A DNA stretch of 64,000 bases from Macrostomum lignano (GCA_002269645.1 NIVC01001570.1:1-64000); one strand, 5' to 3'; numbered from the stretch's first letter, positions 29,192-42,186 are shown. Numbers and translations: made by a program. The notes: a model not told the origin generated them from the sequence alone.

Positions 29192-32159
29192 TCTTCTAAT
29201 ATACTAAAAATGGTCTGTTTGTGTGTGCGTGTGTGTGTGTGTGATCGATTTTAGCAAAAACGGCTGAACCGATTTTCTTCGAACCTGCACTGTTCGATCA
29301 GAAATTATTCCGTGACGGTACATGCATCGTGGCTAAGAAATTGCTCGATGCTAAAGGGATTAAATATTCGAAAAACATGCTTTTTTGCAAAGGTCAAGCA
29401 AACTTTTCGACTTGAAATGCATTGTAAGAATGCTAGAGAAAAAACTGACTGGTTGAATTCTGATTCTGAAATAGATTGCATCACAATACACTTTATTTAT
29501 CGTCTGTGTACTGGCTGAATTTGACACTCAATTGAATTGCGTCACAGCTTTGAGTGTGAAAGCATAGTGCAGTACTGAATTTATATTACGTAACCATATT
29601 GTAAACTTTCATAGACACTGGTACTGACTTGCCTAAGAAATTGATTATGTCATAACTGCTTCGTAAGACTTTTTACTCTACCTGACTTGGTGTGAGTGTT
29701 GAATTATATAAGTGGTACAACATCACTGATAACTTCGATGAGAGCTAGCCTAGAGCTGAACAGACCAGACTGCTAATGCAGCGACCTAGGTTCAAATCTA
29801 AGTAGTTTAAAAGTAGTAGTGTAAAATTTTTTATTAAAAGGTTTTATTAAAGGACTAAATAAAAACACTTAGATTACTGCACTCGATAAGCCAAGGATTA
29901 TTGCTATTAATAAACCAAGGACTACTGCACTCGATAAACCAAGGACTATTGCTCTTAGCAAACCAAGGATTACTGCACTCAAGAAGCCAAGGATTATTGC
30001 TATTAATAAACCAAGGATTACTGCACTTGGAAAACCAAGGATTACTGCACTCGATAAACCAAGGACTATTGCTCTTGGCAAACCAAGGATTACTGCACTC
30101 AAGAAGCCAAGGATTATTGCACTTGGAAAACCAAGGATTACTGCACTCGATAAACCAAGGACTATTGCACTTGATAAACCAAGGATTATTGCACTTGATA
30201 GGCCAAGGATTACTGCACTTGATAAACCAAGGATTATTGCACTTGATAAACCAAGGATTACTGCACTCGATAAACCAAGGACTATTGCACTTGATAAACC
30301 AAGGATTATTGCACTTGATAGGCCAAAGATTACTGCGCTTGATAAACCAAGGATTATTGCACTTGATAAACCAAGGATTACTGCACTTGATAAGCCAAGG
30401 ATTACTGCGCTTGATAAACCAAGGATTATTGCACTTGATAAACAAAGGATTATTGCACTTGATAAACCAAGGATTACAGCGCTTGATAAGCCAAGGATTA
30501 CAGCGCTTGATAAGCCAAGGATTAATGCACTGGATTATTCAAGGATTATTGCTATTAATAAACCAAGGACTACTGCACTCGATAAGCCAAGGATTATTGC
30601 TCTTAATAAACCAAGGATTACTGCACTTGGAAAACTAAGGATTACTGCACTCGATAAACCAAGGATTATTGCTCTTGGCAAACCAAGGATTACTGCACTC
30701 GATAAGCCAAGGATTATTGCTATTAATAAACCAAGGATTACTGCACTTGATAAACCAAGGATTATTGCACTTGATAAACCAAGGACTATTGCACTTGATA
30801 GGCCAAGGATTACTGCACTTGATAAACCAAGGATTATTGCACTTGATAGGCCAAAGATTACTGCGCTTGATAAACCAAGGATTATTGCACTTGATAAACC
30901 AAGGATTACTGCACTTGATAAGCCAAGGATTATTGCTATTAATAAACCAAGGATTATTGCACTTGATAAACCAAGGATTATTGCACTTGATAAACCAAGG
31001 ATTATTGCACTTGATAAGCCAAGGATTACTGCGCTAGATAAACCAAGGATTATTGCACTTGATAAACCAAGGATTATTGCACTTGATAAACCAAGGATTA
31101 TTGCACTTGATAAACAAATATTGCACTTGATAAACCAAGGATTATTGCACCTGATAAGCCAAGGATTACTGCGCTAGATAAACCAAGGATTATTGCACTT
31201 GATAAACCAAGGATTATTGCACTTAATAAACCAAGGATTATTGCACTTGATAAACCAAGGATTATTGCACTTGATAAACAAAGGATTATTGCACTTGATA
31301 AACCAAGGATTATTGCACTTGATAAGCCAAAGATTACTGCACTTGATAAACCAAGGATTATTGCACTTGATAAACCAAGGATTATTGCACTTGATTAATC
31401 AAGGATTATTGCTATTAATAAACCAAGGATTATTGCACTAGCTGAGAAGCTGATTACTGCGCTGTCTAAAAAAGAGATTATTGCGCTCGCTGAGACGTGG
31501 ATTGTTGCACAACCTGAGAAAGCGATTATTGCATTAGCGGAAGTAACATTTGCACTAGCTACTTGCTGTCTCGTGGATGCTTGCTCTCGAGGGGGGATAC
31601 TTGCTATTTGGGAGAGGGGGTACTGGCTACATGCATGGGATTCTTTCTATCCAGGGATGCTTGCTAATTAGGGATTCTTGCTATCTGCAGGATGCTTGCT
31701 ATTTAGGGATTCTTGCTATCTGCAGGATGCTTGCTATCTGGGTGGATGTTTCTATAATATCTGGGGGGTGCTTGCTATCTGCAGGATGCTTCTATAATAT
31801 CTGGGGGGTGCTTGCTAATCTGCAGATGCTTGCTATCTGTGGTGATTCTTGCTATGAGCATTAGAGGATGCTTGCTATCTGCGATTGTTGACTTTTGGAG
31901 GGGGTTGCTTGCTGTCTTGGGAATATTTTCTATTTAGGGAAACGATATTTTGTTGACTGTTTGTTAATTTTAGAGAAAAAGTGATTTTTTAATTTTGCAA
32001 ACATCTTAGTCCGTGACAATTTTACACGAATAAGGTGATTTTTAAAATGTGAAGAAGGAATTAGTGTTTAAGAAAATGTGTTTTTTTATTGTTTTCCATG
32101 AACTATTTTTGCTCCTTTCTTATTGGGCGCCCCGAAGGGGGGCCGCACTAGATTGCTAG
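29192..32159 (+). mobile_element. Non-autonomous Helitron-like element H2 carrying a 24-bp satellite
   Basis: Starts TC directly after H1's CTAG; ends GCCCCGAAGGGGGGC...GATTGCTAG; array AAACCAAGGATTATTGCACTTGAT at ~29870-31440. Confidence 0.78.
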
Positions 32160-32294
32160 TTCAACTCTAATAGTGTTTTATCGACTCACACCAAGTGTAC
32201 ATACCGTACGCTCTCTTTCTACCTGTCTACTCTCTCTCCCCTCTAACCCGCCTATTTAATAACTTTTACAACACCACTTGTCGCTACTTTTCAC

Positions 32295-32335
32295 TTGCCC
32301 TGACGAAGAATTTACCTAATTCGAAATATCGGCAA
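32295..32335 (+). ncRNA. Minimal type I hammerhead ribozyme
   Basis: TTGCC-CTGACGA-A-GAATT-TACCT-AATTC-GAAA-TA-TC-GGCAA: conserved core, 5-bp stem I, 5-bp stem II and a palindromic minimal stem III. Predicted cleavage after C32330. Confidence 0.72.
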
Positions 32336-32402
32336 CTTAAATCAACTTGACTTGTTTGTCCTTTTTACTTGTACCGCGTCCGTGCCTGAGATTGGAGGCG
32401 CC

Positions 32403-32544
<142 letters not shown>

Positions 32545-34394
32545 GTATTTTGTAAGGGAACTGAAGACGAGCTCAACCTCTTCCATCGATTTTTTTGGAC
32601 ACGACTGTTCAAAAACACATTCTTCCAAGTCTGATAACCTGGCCGCCAAGTTTAGTTGTTTTATCTCGTCTCATTTTTAAAAGGTCGCTGTGACCTACGC
32701 GCGCTGTTCGCTGCATCCTGCATTTTAGAGTCTACGACTCATTCGGTTTTACATAGCGTGATGTAACCGCCCTTGTCGCCTGTCCGCTCCGTAGAGAGAC
32801 GAACGCATGACTAGAGGGGGCAATGACCGTAGGCTGCCTATGACCGGGCAATGACCTGACGGACCTCCAGCACCAGACTGTCCCGCCCACATGATTAGTA
32901 GCTTTGGTAGCGCTTCGTGACCAGAGGGCCAAGGACCCACATGGACCCCACCTGTAGCCAAGGTGCAATAGTTGGTCACTCGGTCATAGTATGACCGAGT
33001 GGCTGCCACCACTCTATGTGACCTGGCGCACCTGGATCTTTCTACCAGACCTCTCGAGGCTAGAGCCCCGCCTGGATTGGTTACCAGGGGATTTAGGCTA
33101 ACAGGGGAGACGCATGCAGCCGAGTACAGGGACTCTGCTTGGGGCATGATCGGGAACTCTGGGCTCAATCCTGGAGGATTTCTCAGCAGGGGATCCTTTG
33201 TGGCTGTGAGCGAGGCTGACTTGCGACTTTGATTACTAAGAGTAGTATGAGGCGAACATGTACTGTCTACAGTTTAGATTGCTCAGGGCGAAGGGACGCG
33301 TTAGCATGGGGTTGCAACCTTCCTACTGCCATTCTGTGCCAAGACTCGCTAATCCCTCTACTGCACGCACACGCGGCCCGCAGCACGCACTCACAGGCGG
33401 GCTGTGCACGGGGAGAGGCCATTAGCTTACCCAAACTTCCTTATGCTTTGCCACCCCGGGAGAAAGGCTTAGCAAGCCATGAGTGAAATGATGGTGAAAG
33501 ATTGAATAATGATGAAGTTAGTTAATAGTTAATAATTAGGCCCTTAGGCAAATAAGCAGGCAATTAGGCGGCTTCACTATTGAGTAAAATACAGCAAAAG
33601 ATACGGTATCACAATTGGCTCAGCTCTCTAATCAGACAATGGAAAATAGGCAAACCCCGGATAAGCAAAGGCAATTAGAGCACAAATTAGTAGTAGGAAC
33701 TTACCGGCAGCTGCACAGAGAGAGAGAGAGGCGGAGTGACCGAGGGCGGCTGTAGGCTGCAGTCAGGCAGACGGTGAAGCGGTGATGCGCTGGAGCGACG
33801 AGGCGCTGATGTAGATCAGGCGATGCTGATGATGCTGGGCGGTATCAGACCGCTGGCCGATAGGCGAGCTCACTTGGGGAGCTAAGGATAACTTGGCGGT
33901 AACAGACCGCGGACCGGCAGGGATTCGTCTTATAGACGAATGGGTCAGAACTCAATCTGACAGCAAGTCCAAAGAAGGACGAGGAGAGGAACAGAGATAA
34001 CCTCAGTTGAGTATTCTCATGCCGAAATCGCTTCCTTTTATAGACCTCACAGCCGCCTCCTCAAGGTCGTTACCATGGCTCCCTCTCTCTGATTGGCTGC
34101 CGGCAGAATGACGTCAGAATGAGTCATGATGAGAAGCATGAGACCGGCATAGCAACATGAGAAATCGGGAAATTGCGCAATCCGGAGGTGGGGTGGGGGG
34201 ATAATTGGCGCAGCGGGTGGTCGCGAAAGTGTTGCGCAAGCAAACATTGAGAACAATAGGGCTGGGGTCATACATGCGCAACCTCCAAAATTTGGTCGGC
34301 CGTGCGACTTAGTTTTAACAAAAATGCGACGTAGTTTTCGGCCAAAAATGCGACTTACATGAAAAAAACCTGAAAGCAAAATTAATGCAACTTT

Positions 34395-34452
34395 GGGTAA
34401 ACGGCAGGAGTAACTATAACTGTCTTTATTAAGGCAAAATGCTTCGTCAGCT
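34395..34452 (+). other. Degenerate 28S rRNA-derived fragment (R2 / I-PpoI target region)
   Basis: GGGTAAACGGCAGGAGTAACTATAACTGTCTT...AAATGCTTCGTCA versus 28S GGGTAAACGGCGGGAGTAACTATGACTCTCTT...AAATGCCTCGTCA (recalled; 3 mismatches in the first 32 nt). Confidence 0.7.
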
Positions 34453-34999
34453 ACTTAATACTACTTTGGTATTTATTTGGGTGGGCATTTTTGCAACTTA
34501 CCTTGGTTGGCCGCCAAATCAGTCGTCCATATCGGCCAACTATTGTGCATGTATGGTTTTGACTCTTGTCATTCCTAATCGTATTTGTACCCCATGTGGC
34601 ACTAGAACAGTACACTTGACACGGAGTGTTTTAGGCATGATTGTACAGTGTAAGGTTGCAAAAGTGGGGAGTGGCAGAGATACATATGTATATATAGCTG
34701 TATGAGTATGATGGCACAAGCTAAGGCTAAGTCAATGCATGCAGCGATAAAAGCAGTCTGTAAAGCCAAATAGTGAAAGTTAACCTTAACTTATAGCACC
34801 TTGGCAGCCTATGCTGTCTGCCTGCATCTGATACGAGCATATAACTAAACTACCAAGGCAATTGGTTGTATTTACACTTACTTTCTGTACATGAATTGGT
34901 AAAGGTAAGGGCTTTTAAATGTTTTATTTATATAGTAATACTCATAAATCAATTTTATTTTATCACCAAAATCATATACTCGACTTAATCTTTCACAGA

Positions 35000-37900
35000 A
35001 TGATGTACAGCCTTAGTTGTCTTTGCCTACTGATTCTAAGTGGCATCCTAGCTATCAATGGTATTCTAGCTGAGAGTGAGTGCTCAATTGTTATAAATGA
35101 GTTAAATACTGATGAGCCTAATATTGGATCTCAAGAATTTTCAGAGTTCATTGAGCTGAAGAAAGTTTGTTCCACAACTGCAATGCTATTAGGATCAGTG
35201 CCAGTGAGACTCCGTGATTTTCTTCTGATTGGAGTTCAAGAATATAGCGGCGATTTTAGACGACCTGTGGTTTCATTTTCTGCTGACTTCTATCGGTCCT
35301 CGGGCTTCAAAACGGACAGCAGTTTCTTTGTTATTGCATCAAAAGAGAAGCAGGAAGCAGCAGATATGTTTTTTACCGATACATCTATTGGGTATCAGGG
35401 AAAAACTAGACATGGGCTGCCAAGTTCCGCTCCTAGTGGATCATCGCAGTCATCCATCATTGATTTTTTCAAGTCTGCTAGTAAGACAATTCCAACAGAA
35501 CCAAATGCATTAAAGAATGGGAATGGTAAAAGTGCTATGGCCATTATTCTCTTGTATCAACGAGACTTTTCTAGATCAGAATCGGACAGTTCAAGTTCCA
35601 CAACTGCCAGTAGCATTGGAAAACTGCGACTAGCTAAAATGCATGCAACACAAAGAAGACCTGTTTATGAAGATAAAATTATCATTGATAACTCATTAGC
35701 TGAAATTATTAGGAACAATGTGCATGACATGATCATCTATGCACGAAGTACACAAAATAACAGGTGCACATTTTTTTAGTTTATTTATCGTAGGCTAAGA
35801 GACAAGCCCAACTACATCTTAAAGCCAGCAAGAGAATGGGATGAACTTGGTCATGAGGACTATTCAATAAACCGGTGCCCTGAATCCAGCAGTGAGTTAC
35901 GAAAGCCTTTGCTTTTTACAAGGTGGAAACTTGGACAGTTGACTCCAGGTAGAGAAAATGACTGCTCAGGTGCTCATTGGATTTTAGAGGACAATATTGA
36001 AGCCATCATAAATACACCTTCAAGAGAAGCAGGTACATTGGCAGACTCAGCATTAGCATCTGCTTCATCAGCAACAGAAAGAATCGAAATGCGACTAGCT
36101 CCTGCTCCAGCTCCATGTTCTGAAAGCTCACACCGTAGTGAATTGGCCAGGTCCTATGAATTTTCAGAGCAAATAGCAGCTAATCGAGATCATGCTGTTC
36201 AAACTGCTGCTGCAGAAACTTCTAATTTTTGCTCTGCTGCAAATGTACAGGAAAGAAGAGAGTTGTTGGAGAATGACCAGCAAACAAGCAAACTACAAGT
36301 GGAAATTATTAGGCAAGTAAATATTCAAAGACAATCAACGAAACGATCACTTTGCCAAAGTCCTATTGTTGATTTAGATTCGAGCGACTCAAGGGGTTCA
36401 GGTGATGTTGAAATAGTACAAGTAAATACTGCAGAAGCAGGGCCATCGCAAAAAAAAATACCATGCATAAGCACATCTGCAGACGCATGTCTAGCCACTT
36501 CAGCATCAAAGCCCTCGTCTTCCTCTATGATGGGCGAAAATATTGAAGTTTTCCCTAAAAAGGACTGGGAGGATACATCTGGTTTTCGAGAGGAGTGGTT
36601 ACATTCTTTGGAGATGCACCAGTCACAGTAAGTAAATGGAAACTGACGAACTGTAAATTAATGTATAGTGTATTGTGTATTGCACTTATTAGCATATTGC
36701 TTTTAGATACTCACAAATAGTCCAAATCCCAAAATATTCTCTAATTTGACCATTGCAGATCATTTTCAAGAAAATTTGTGTCACAAGAAATGAAGACATG
36801 GTTTCAATATGTTCAAAACACCGAAGATCTATCAAGATCTGGAATACAATGTCGGATCTGCAGAAAATTTTTGAATGCACATAAGAAAAAGGAGACAAAT
36901 CTAGAGAGCCAACGTAAGTTAACTTTTGCAACAGAACAAGGCTACATTCCCAAAGGTCATGCAAAAGATAGCGTACGAAGAAAACTACAGGAACATTCAT
37001 CAAATACACTTCAGTGACGCCATAAAGTGGATGAAGGAAAAACATACTTCAGTTCTTGCAAAGCAACTCAAACAGATGAATGAGGCCGCTAGACTAGCTA
37101 AAACTAAACGAGATGAAATAACAGCCCGAGTTTTGACAACAGTTTATGCCGAAGTCAAATCTAATATTCCATTCAGTGCTCATCCAAATATGATTGATTT
37201 ACAAGTAAAAAATGGGTTGGATATGGGGAGCCATCATAAGCATCGCAAAAGTGCCGCAGCAATGGTGGAATCAATCAGTAATACAATGCATCGGACATTT
37301 GTGAATTACATTAAAAGTGCTGACAATCTTCCAATTTCTATTGTACTAGATACAACGTCTGATATTCATTCAAACAGCTACGTCATGATATACTTCAGAG
37401 TTCTTGAAAACAGCCAACATTTGATGTTTTTTATCGGTTTAAACGTCTGACTGAAGTAGAGACTGGACGAAGCATTTATGAACTTCTCATCCGTTTATTT
37501 TCGGATGACAAGCTAGAAGATGAAATCAAACGAAGGCTATTGGGGGTGACAACTGATGGTGCATCCGTAATGACAGGAAGTCGAGTGGGATTAATAAGTC
37601 AACTGAGGCCTTGGGCTAGCAAACAATTTTTTCAGCACCATTGTGCAGCGCATAAGTTAGAACTTTCAATCTATCATGCCTTTGAAATCTTCCCATTTAT
37701 GCAACATCTCGATAAGAATATAAATTCTCTACACAAATTTTATATGAGCCACGCTGTTAAACGTAAGGCATCTTTGGCACAAACTTCGGAAGCACTCAAC
37801 TTGGTTTTCTATGAATTAAAAAGAATATATCGCATCAGGTGGGTTGCATCGGAAGTGTCTGCTCTTGATGTGATTCGAAAGTCGTACTACTTGCTTCTGA

Positions 37901-38781
37901 CAAATTTAGAAAATATCAAATCACCTTCCTCAGGCTTTGATGACGAAAGTAAAGCAACTGCCTCTGGATTATTGAAAACATTGCAAAATGTCCGGTATTA
38001 TTCATTACATCTATTTCTCATGGACATTCTAAAATTACTGGAATTTGAGTCCTTGCAGTTTCAAAGAGCCAAGGGTACATTTATTGGCTTGAAAGAACGC
38101 CACACTAACCTTATCCATTCACTAGAAACCTTAAAAACGAACAATGGTCCTCGCATTGTGGACTTTTTGGCTTCCTGCAAGTGTCGTCGAGTTTTGGGAA
38201 CTGCAGATGGATATCCGCAGCTGGAATACCATTCAGGATGTCACACAAGAGACCTATCTTATTCTAACTTTGCTTGTCCTTCCGGCCCTGGAAGCAGCGA
38301 TCCAACAGAGAGGTTTGAGTTGAAGCAACCAGGTTCTGCTGCAGACAGATCTCTAAGAAATAGATTATTTGATGCTAGTGGACGTGGCAGTGTTGTTGAC
38401 ATGGGAGCTTATCCAGCACTGGATGAGATTCGCAGTCGAATCATTGATAGCATAATTGATCAGCTGCGTAATTATTTTCCTGAGGATGACTACTCAATAT
38501 TTAATGTGCTCAACCCAGTGTTATTGCCTAATGCTGAAACATTACATACTGTCTTTACATACAGTTCGAGAATCATACCTCTTGCTAGACGGTTTGGAAT
38601 GGAAGATGACAGCTCTGAATCTGAAACAGAGGACCATCTTTCTGATTCAGACTCTAGAGATGCAGATGCTTCAGAACGCGCTACAGAAAGGACAATCTCT
38701 GGTCAGACTACAGTTCTTCTAAGTTCATATATAAGACCGTTAGAATCTTGCAGTTTTAATTTGCTAATTAAATATTATTAA
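35000..38781 (+). pseudogene. Disrupted hAT transposase gene with an N-terminal signal-peptide/lamin-tail-like extension
   Basis: ORF from ATG 35000 with one in-frame TAG (35777); phase-2 intron ending at 36758; CRIC zinc finger; SIVLDTTSD, TTDGASVM, HCAAHKLEL and RW hAT motifs; frameshifts near 37000 and 37440; C-terminal dimerisation domain not seen. Confidence 0.85.
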
Positions 38782-38984
38782 AAGTATGATTTGCAATTGT
38801 AATAGGGCTGAAAAATTACTGCTTATAAGTTATTCTATCCCTATTTCTATTCCTTAGCCATTTCTGGCTTCGTAATTCTTAATTTTTCAAATTGATGCGT
38901 TAATGCACACGTAGCCTACACCCTAGTAAGTGATACATTAAATTCATCCTAAACTAATCCTATCCTAATAATCCTAAAGATGCT

Positions 38985-40545
38985 CTGCGACTTAACTCAG
39001 TCCTGCTGCGACTTACCTCGGCCCTGCTGCGACTTACTCGGTCCTGCTGCGACTTAGCTCGCCCTCAGTGCGACTTAGCTCTCGCTCGGTGCGACTTAGC
39101 TCGCCCTCGGTGCGACTTAGCTCGCCCTCGGTGCGACTTAGCTCGGTCCTGCTGCGACTTAGTGCGACTTAGCTCTCGCTCGGTGCGACTTATTTTGCCC
39201 TCGGTGCGACTTAGCTCGCCCTTAGTGCGACTTAGCTCGGTCCTGCTGCGACATAGCTCGCCCTCAGTGCGACTTAGCTCTCGCTCGGTGCGACTTAGTT
39301 CGCCCTCGATGCGACTTAGCTCAGTCCTGCTGCGACTTAGCTCGCCCTCGGTGCGACTTAGCTCTCGCTCGGTGCGACTTAGCTCGCCCTCGGTGCGACT
39401 TAGCTCGGTCCTGCTGCGACTTAGTGCGACTTAGCTCGGTCCTGCTGCGACTTAGTGCGACTTAGCTCTCGCTCGGTGCGACTTAGTTCGCCCTCGGTGC
39501 GACTTAGCTCGGTCCTGCTGCGACTTAGCTCGCCCTCGGTGCGACTTAGCTCTCGCTCGGTGCGACTTAGCTCGCCCTCGGTGCGACTTAGCTCGGTCCT
39601 GCTGCGACTTAGTGCGACTTAGCTCTCGCTCGGTGCGACTTATTTTGCCCTCGGTGCGACTTAGCTCGCCCTTAGTGCGACTTAGCTCGGTCCTGCTGCG
39701 ACTTAGCTCGCCCTCAGTGCGACTTAGCTCTCGCTCGGTGCGACTTAGTTCGCCCTCGGTGCAACTTAGCTCGGTCCTGCTGCAACTTAGCTCGCCCTCG
39801 GTGCGACTTAGCTCGGTCCTGCTGCGACTTAGTGCGACTTAGCTCTCGCTCGGTGCGACTTATTTTGCCCTCGGTGCGACTTAGCTCGCCCTTAGTGCGA
39901 CTTAGCTCGGTCCTGCTGCGACATAGCTCGCCCTCAGTGCGACTTAGCTCTCGCTTGGTGCGACTTAGTTCGCCCTCGGTGCAACTTAGCTCGGTCCTGC
40001 TGCAACTTAGCTCGCCCTCGGTGCGACTTAGCTTGGTCCTGCTGCGACTTAGTGCGACTTAGCTCTCGCTCGGTGCGACTTAGTTCGCCCTCGGTGCGAC
40101 TTAGCTCGGTCCTGCTGCGACTTAGCTCGCCCTCAGTGCGACTTAGCTCTCGCTCGGTGCGACTTAGTTCGCCCTCGGTGCGACTTAGCTCGGTCCTGCT
40201 GCAACTTAGCTCGCCCTCGGTGCGACTTAGCTTGGTCCTGCTGCGACTTAGTGCGACTTAGCTCTCGCTCGGTGCGACTTAGTTCGCCCTCGGTGCGACT
40301 TAGCTCGGTCCTGCTGCGACTTAGCTCGCCCTCGGTGCGACTTAGCTCGGTCCTGCTGCGACTTAGTGCGACTTAGCTCTCGCTCGGTGCGACTTATTTT
40401 GCCCTCGGTGCGACTTAGCTCGCCCTCGGTGCGACTTAGCTCTCGCTCGGTGCGACTTAGTTCGCCCTCGATGCGACTTAGCTCGGTCCTGCTGCGACTT
40501 AGCTTGCCCTCGGTGCGACTTAGCTTGCCCTCGGTGCGACTTACC
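38985..40545 (+). repeat. GCGACTTAGCTC-based 10-20-bp satellite inside the right end of the hAT
   Basis: Mixed units (GTGCGACTTAGCTCGCCCTCG etc.) with ~220-bp higher-order repeats. Confidence 0.92.
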
Positions 40546-42079
40546 TTGTCTTCAGTGCTGCAACTTACAGCACTTACAACTCTTTTTGTGTTTTTCTCTT
40601 TCTCTTTGCTCCCTTTTTCTCATTTTTTCCTTTTCCTTTCCCCTTTTTCGTCTTTTGTTTTTTCGTTTTTTTGGCAGTTAATCAATTTTGCGACTTACTT
40701 GGTTGGCCGCCAAATCGGTCGGCCGGATCGGCCGACTCGGCCGACTGTTGCGCATGTATGGCTGGGGTCGAGAACAAAGGAATTGGAAATCGGGGATAAT
40801 TGGGGAAAACTGAGAACAATGGAAAAGTAAACATTGGAGAAAAGGTGATAATTAGGTGCGAAAACGAGAACAAAAGAAAGAGAAAATCGGAGAAAATGTG
40901 ATAATTGGTGGGGGTCGAGAGAACAAAAGAAGCAAAAACGAGAACAATAGAAGCGGAGGTGGGGTGGGTGTCACATGAGAAATTTGGGAAGGAGAACAAT
41001 AGCGTGAGAAAAGGTTGCGCAAGAGAGGGGGGTGAGTCATCGATGAGTCACCGAGGGGGAGAAGGGGTCACACGACTTGCGTCACCGTTTGGGAGTTTGA
41101 GAGGGGATGGGGAGACGGTGAGCACACAAAGTACTGTAAGTAGACACAGGGAAAGAGGGGACAGCGCAGGAAAAGAGTGCAGAGGGAGACAAAAAAAAGG
41201 AGGAGGTAGAGAAAGTACAGGAAGAATAGGGCGGGAGCAGAAGAGATAGGGTAGAGGGGGAGGTACAGAAAGGGGTAGGGGCTCCGGAAAGGCAGGTGTG
41301 GCGGCAGGAGAGACGGGACCAAGGCAGCAGGAGAGGTGCAGCAGAGCGGGAGTCTCCAGGCCCGGTCGGAGACCTGGCCGAGTCTCGACAGCTCTGTGCA
41401 GAGGGTGCACGGGATAGGAGGCACTTTCGAAAAAGTTCCCATGCCCTATCCCGCGACCAGGGCGTGGTTACTTCACACCCCCACTGCCTTTTGTGACGGA
41501 ACTGGTTCCGTCATCATCGCTGCCCAACATGGAACCACACAGACGGGAGCGGGATCTCAACCGAACGTGAAATCACAGAATTAACAAACCGCGAGCGGGA
41601 ATGGAAAAAGGCGATAAAATAGAGGGGATAGCAATAAATTCACAAAACGAGATACATAGGTTGGAGTGCAATACAGAATTTCAAAAATTTCAACTGTTGC
41701 TGTGGCTAAAGTGGGAGGGTGGAAACACAGACAGCGCAATAGTAGGGAGAAAAATAGCGAATTGTCAACAATAAATTATCATAATTGGATAGAAGCGCAG
41801 CTGGGAAAGAGAGGAAACGGGGAAGGGTGAGGGAAGTGGGGAAAAAGAAGGGGGAAGGGTTGCTAGCACACAGCCAAGGGCAGAGCCTCGGGGAGAATGA
41901 CGATTACACAGGGGAAAAATACTAATGCAGCGCAGTAAATTAATAAGCTAATTTCGCCGGGAGTTCAACCGCACGGAGGCCTAGCGTCCTTGAAGGCTCG
42001 GACCCCGCTTCAGCCAGTCAGAGGGCTTCGGGGCGATCGGTTGTAGGCTGGGAGGCGCCGCGCCCTGCGCTGGCCACTG

Positions 42080-42186
42080 TATAAAAGGCGCCACTGATAA
42101 CGGGAGCCGGCTGCCTGCAACCTACACGGAGTCGCAGTTTCCAACCAAGGCACTCAGCGCGATTTTCCAAACTATACAACTACTCG
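42080..42186 (+). promoter_or_regulatory. Candidate antisense promoter (TATAAAA 42080-42086) and non-coding first exon ending at a GTAAGT donor (42187)
   Basis: Canonical TATA about 100 bp upstream of a perfect donor; no ATG in between. Confidence 0.55.

Larger units (their letters stand above)
34269..40760 (+). mobile_element. hAT-superfamily DNA transposon (6492 bp) inserted in the 3' LTR
   Basis: 14-bp TIRs CATACATGCGCAAC/GTTGCGCATGTATG; 8-bp TSD GCTGGGGT (34261-34268, 40761-40768), present once at the empty site in the other LTR. Confidence 0.95.
32759..41475 (-). repeat. 3' LTR (32759-34268 + 40769-41475), split by the hAT insertion
   Basis: Nearly identical to 56413-58626; about 8 differences noticed by eye. 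Confidence 0.93.

Noticed and set aside
32545-32649. Apparent extra exon MEEVELVFSSLTKY with a GTGAGA donor, in phase with exon 25485
   Set aside because: No ValRS similarity, the 60829/25485 join already gives a continuous ValRS, and the donor sequence is part of the duplicated (TC)n-ACGTATTTTGTA flank.
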